A DNA stretch of 64,000 nucleotides, from positions 3,410,001 through 3,474,000 of the forward strand of contig JBLDXI010000042.1 in NCBI GenBank assembly GCA_047495785.1. The letters run 5' to 3'. Every line of letters begins with the position of its first letter. The stretch's first letter is position 1. Below, piece by piece: positions 59,592 through 64,000 of the stretch. Below the pieces are notes generated by a model. That model was not told the DNA's origin. It saw only the letters and a list, made by a program, of their open reading frames with translations, and did not search any database. This DNA comes from Lepidodermella squamata (lineage: Eukaryota; Animalia; Gastrotricha). Made by a program: the position numbers and the translations under genes.

Positions 59592-61955
59592 TCAACGCAA
59601 CAAAGCTCTTTTAGCAAGTTCTTCAGGGGTATGGACGTCTGATGTTCTTTTGCGAGTCTCAACTGGTTTGGATTTGCAGGACGTGGAATGCGAACCCGGA
59701 ACCGCCGCACCAGGTAATAATAATGATTCAAGTTCCGAAAAAAGACTTTCGAATAGTGATTGGACCGCCGCAAAATCAACTTTTGATTTGACGAATTCTC
59801 GAATATTTTCCAACATTTGTTTTCTCGAGCCAACTTCAGCATTCTGCACCTCGAGGAATTTAGCATACAAAACTTTAACAGCTTTTGCTTCTTCGCTTTT
59901 TCGGGACTGCTGACTAGAACTGGCTGATCCGGAAGATGAAACTCGACATGTATCGCTCTCATAACTCGACTGTTTCATCTCCTTTTCAGATTCGGGAATA
60001 ACATTAGAATTTACCAACTTAAGGCGCATAAGAGCATCATGAAACCAGGGTTCTCGCCCCTTCTTCGAGTCCGTAATCACGGCTGATCGAAAGCATTCGG
60101 CCAAGTTGGGGCTGACCAAGGAAATTTCCTAAATTAGATCAATTTATCAAATTCGTGTGAGTCTCAATCGCCACAGGCCCTTTTCAACTAATACCTTGTG
60201 TACATTTTCGAGGAATCTGGAAAAATGATCAGGAATGATAAAGCGATCAAGGCACGTCGTATAAATAGAAGACATCAATGCCGAAACAGCTTCTTCGAAT
60301 GATGTTTTCGAAAGCGAGCACAAAGTTCGCTTGACAGCAGCCACAGTTTCATCATTAGGATTTTTATTTTTCGATAGCTCGGAAATCAATCGAGCCAGCT
60401 TCGTTTTCAGATCTTCCTCAATTTTCAAATCGAAATAACGGCAATGCACTAGTAGACCTTTCGCAGCATTTTTCTTCTCTCTTTTAGACAGGCGATCAGT
60501 ATTGGGACGATACTTTCTCGATTTGATGGACTTGAGTTCAGAATATCTCTGCGAAAAAATCTTCACATCCAAAATGAAATAAAATTCGGTTTGATTACAA
60601 AAACGAGTTCTTACTTTATGGATCTCTGAAGTATTCTGCAGAGCCTCTCGCGATTCGGTATCATCCGCATCAGAGTTCTTCAAATGATCAATCAATAATT
60701 TAGAATGGGTGACGATAACTGCCGAAGATTTTTCATCGAACTGCCAAGATAAATTAGTTGCCAAATTGTTAAAACTTTGTAAAATAAGGTAGATCGCTTT
60801 GAATTTCGACCGGCTGGCTTTCCGAGAGCCAAAATAATCGAGTAGGTATCCGAAATCCAGGACGCGGCGTTTACATAAAACAGCGTTGAAGCTAGAAAAA
60901 TTAGTCAATTATTTTTAAAAACTGTTAATTAAATAATTTATATACCTCGCAATCTTGGCGAGGTCAGACTTGATTTCAACATGCGAAATGCGATTCTCGA
61001 ACCAACTTTTGGTGAAATCTGGAAACAAATTGGGCGATTTCTGAAACAAAATTGTACGCGATTCCGCATGAAAGAAGTTCGAATTGCTTACCTCCAGAAG
61101 TTTCGACAGTAATAATTGAGATACCCCAGAAAAATGCTGCGATTTGAACATTTCGTCCAAAATAACGTCGATATGGCAACGTAATGCCGCGGTATTTCGC
61201 TTTGTTTGGAGGATAACTGGCTCGATCTGATTGAAATTATATTGAAATCTTTCGACAGAATCCGTCAAGAGTTGAATCACTAATCGACGTGTTACGTCTG
61301 TATCAGTCTCAACAGATTCAATTTGAGCTCGGTTTTCCATAGGGACAGCTGAAAGGGAAATGTAAAAAACTGTTCATTTTTATAGAAAATCATTATGCAC
61401 CTCTCCTTCGAACGAAACGACTTTTTAAATACTTTTCAATATCGCGCATTTCTTCCGAACAGTTGCAATCAGATTTAAACTGATGCACCATGTCAGTTAA
61501 CAGGCTGGCGTTTTCGTCCCAGATGAATGAACATGATTTGACTTTGTTGGATCGCTCGTCGAGTTGATCGATAAATCGTATCAGTTCGAACATGCACGCA
61601 ATAGCAACCGAATTCTGCCGCTGTTTCGCCAAGTTTTCAAACATGTTGCAAAACGCATTGCTTCCAATGAGATTGCGGTTTACGAGCATATTTAGAGAAC
61701 TAAAAATTTAACAAGATTCAACAATTTTATGGAAAAATAAATAAAATTGAGTAGAACTTACTTTAAGCGCTGAAAGTTAGCCACGAAGGAACGCTCAAGT
61801 GGATGTGGAATCTTGGCTGCATATGTTTCAAGAGATTCTCTGAGTGAATAGCGATGTTTGGCAGGTTCAGCCTAAAATTAAGAATTAGAAAGCAAGCATA
61901 AATACTTCCAGCTGAAATATCATTTTTCTGCCTTTGCCCTCTCCCAACTCTCCCT
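59592..61955 (-). CDS. G11: divergent MIF4G-like repeat protein; 5' exons not found in this window
   Basis: Exons ~61955-61905, 61871-61762, 61700-61400, 61349-61092, 61041-60945, 60891-60614, 60548-60195 and 60129-59592 splice in frame. FQRLN/SLNMLVNRNLI...CMFELIRFIDQLDE parallels SRLR/LFKELAKQDLI...LCDYVRFLDEL. It ends RKRTSDVHTPEELAKRALLR*. No start codon was identified. Confidence 0.7.
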
Positions 61956-63239
61956 ACATTATGAATTTTGAAGAAAATAAAACGTCATTTCTATTCAAAC
62001 GTCGAGTTCGGCGCGCTAGGCTGTCATCCGAAAAACGAATTATTCGTCTTATTCGGCCATTATGAACGTTGCATGTCAGACACTGCCTGCAATCGCATCT
62101 TGACTTACCCTGGATTATTTGAGGCTTTCCCAATTTCACTATTTTTTTGCTCATCCAGATGATGTCCGTTACTTGGTACTGGGTTACATGCGACTGTGAC
62201 GATGACGGTGCTGATCACTTATTTATTCCGATGAGCTATTAATTATTTTAAATCTCGTGAACTCGTGAAATTTCAATACTTAGAATCAATAATTTTGAGC
62301 AATAAAAATTGGCGGCGCCATTGGGAGCCGACATGCGCTTCGCTTTTAGTAGTGCCGACAGGCTGGCTTGTGAGGAAGTGATCCAATTGTTGTACTCGAT
62401 CGATTCGCCGATTCCCTTCTCGAGGTAATATTAAGGCAGCCAGCGATCACTTCAATTTTCGCGTCCATGGTGAAATGCGCCACCCTCATTGAAGTTCTCG
62501 AACCCGGCGATACATTCACGACAATGACAACGAGATGAACAACCGCCTGTATCACATGAGATCTAAACTCCATGATCGTCTCAACTTTGAAGGAGATTAT
62601 GTATCAGTCTAATCCATTCGTGCATACTTACAAGTAAGCCGCCGAACTACTCAGCTCACCTGTCATGAGACCGCTACTGATGAGCTTGGTTTAAAGGTTC
62701 AGCTGATTGCCCAATTTCGATCCACGAACGATCCTCTTTATATATTCATTACAAGCAGCGGGAACGTGGTAATCTTTTTAGAAGCTCCAAGCCGTGGCAA
62801 GGGTCGTGCTAGCCTGAATTAACTGCCAACGTAGTTGACGCCCCTTGGCAGAGGTCAGTCAAAGTTGACTCACTCCGATAAATCACGACTGAAAAATTAG
62901 TCATTCTTCTCGTCATCACAATATAAATACTTTGTTCATTCGATTGCCATCACAGCTTATTGCATGTCTCCTATTCTTTACACACACGAAGTAAACACTC
63001 TTCAATCTTTAATTGGTTCTTTCATGAACGTAGTTGCTAGCCCCTATGGTAATTCGGATGAAATGCTGCGATGCAAATTCCACCATCTTGTGAATTATGC
63101 CACTCAGGTTATCGACTACGGAAAGCAGCGATTTCATTCAAACTTTAAATTCACGAGGGCTCTGTGCTCTGTCACGCAATAAAAACTATATCTCTAACCA
63201 TAAAAACCCCGCTAAGCAGATCGCGGATGCTTGTCCACT

Positions 63240-63943
63240 ACTGGACAAAATGTTTTGCGCATGCCCATTTTTAGCGTTTTTACACCCTAGCACGTGTCTT
63301 GAATCCATCTGGTGTTGTTTTTTGTTTTTCTTTAACAAATGTTGTCAAAATGGCAGGAAATGGTCTTTATAAACAACTTTGATCATCCTGAAGCTTCATT
63401 CATATCAGTTTCTACGTTTATGAATGGTATTTACTGCCTTTCAAAGAGGTCAAATTATCGGCCTTTCCAAAGTTTCTAACCCTCGCCAAATCGCATTACA
63501 GCTCGGACTTTCAATCAGGACAGTTCAGCACTTCGTCAAAACATATCGCGAAACCGGTCAAACAGAGGCGAAGAAGTCTACGGGTCGGCCGAAGAAAATA
63601 ACGCCCCGAAAACAACGCCGAATCGCCCGTTCAGCTTCAGCTGATCGCCGGAAACCTTCGCCGGATTTGAGGTTCTGACGTTTATTTACTTGTTTATAAT
63701 TCTTTATTTACTTGACGTCGAGGAGTCAGAGTCAAGTTGATTTCGGCTGTAAATAAAGAATTATAAACGTCAGAACCTCAAATTAGGGTCAAATCAGCTC
63801 AGGATGATCAAAGTTGTTTATAAAGACCATTTCCTGCCATTTTGACAACATTTGTTAAAGAAAAACAACACCAGATGGATTCAAGACACTTGCTAGGGTG
63901 TAAAAACGCTAAAAATGGGCATGCGCAAAACATTTTGTCCAGT
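63240..63943 (+). mobile_element. Internally deleted Tc1/mariner transposon
   Basis: The TIRs are ~150 bp (63240-63395 and 63796-63943). ORF 63424-63678 encodes the Tc1 N-terminal HTH (RGQIIGL...IALQLGLSIRTVQHFVKTYRETG...GRPKKITPR). No DDE domain is present. Confidence 0.9.
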
Positions 63944-64000
63944 TAATTTTTAAATCATGCACTTTTCATCATCACATCATCACATTTTGTTTTAAATCAT

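Noticed and set aside
1-61955. One giant gene, or a canonical eIF4G/UPF2/CBP80 ortholog
   Set aside because: Each unit has its own homologous first exon and a terminal exon with a stop, and in-frame stops precede some ATGs. I recognised no eIF4E-binding, MA3 or W2 regions, so no gene symbol is assigned.

Overview
Eukaryotic, probably animal, genomic DNA with many ~45-60 nt GT-AG introns. Almost the whole window is one head-to-tail array of at least 11 paralogous multi-exon genes on the minus strand. I name them G1-G11 from left to right; transcription runs G11 towards G1, and G1 and G11 are incomplete here. I spliced the exons by hand. They encode helical proteins with 1-4 tandem, highly diverged MIF4G-like domains, closest to the middle domain of metazoan eIF4G. 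Several members add a conserved C...HxHx3C motif and a C-terminal Cys cluster, SUMO-site, SIM and bipartite-NLS-like tail. Stop-to-ATG spacers are only 39-233 nt, and each has a T-rich splice acceptor with no evident partner donor just upstream of the ATG. This suggests a trans-spliced polycistronic unit (eukaryotic operon). G6 is a pseudogene. The large introns hold decayed mobile elements: LTR pieces, an RTE-like LINE, remnants of hAT, Harbinger, MULE and Tc1 elements, and several MITEs and hairpins. Exon coordinates are hand-read and may be off by a few nt. Domain calls are by eye against remembered family motifs, not from database searches.
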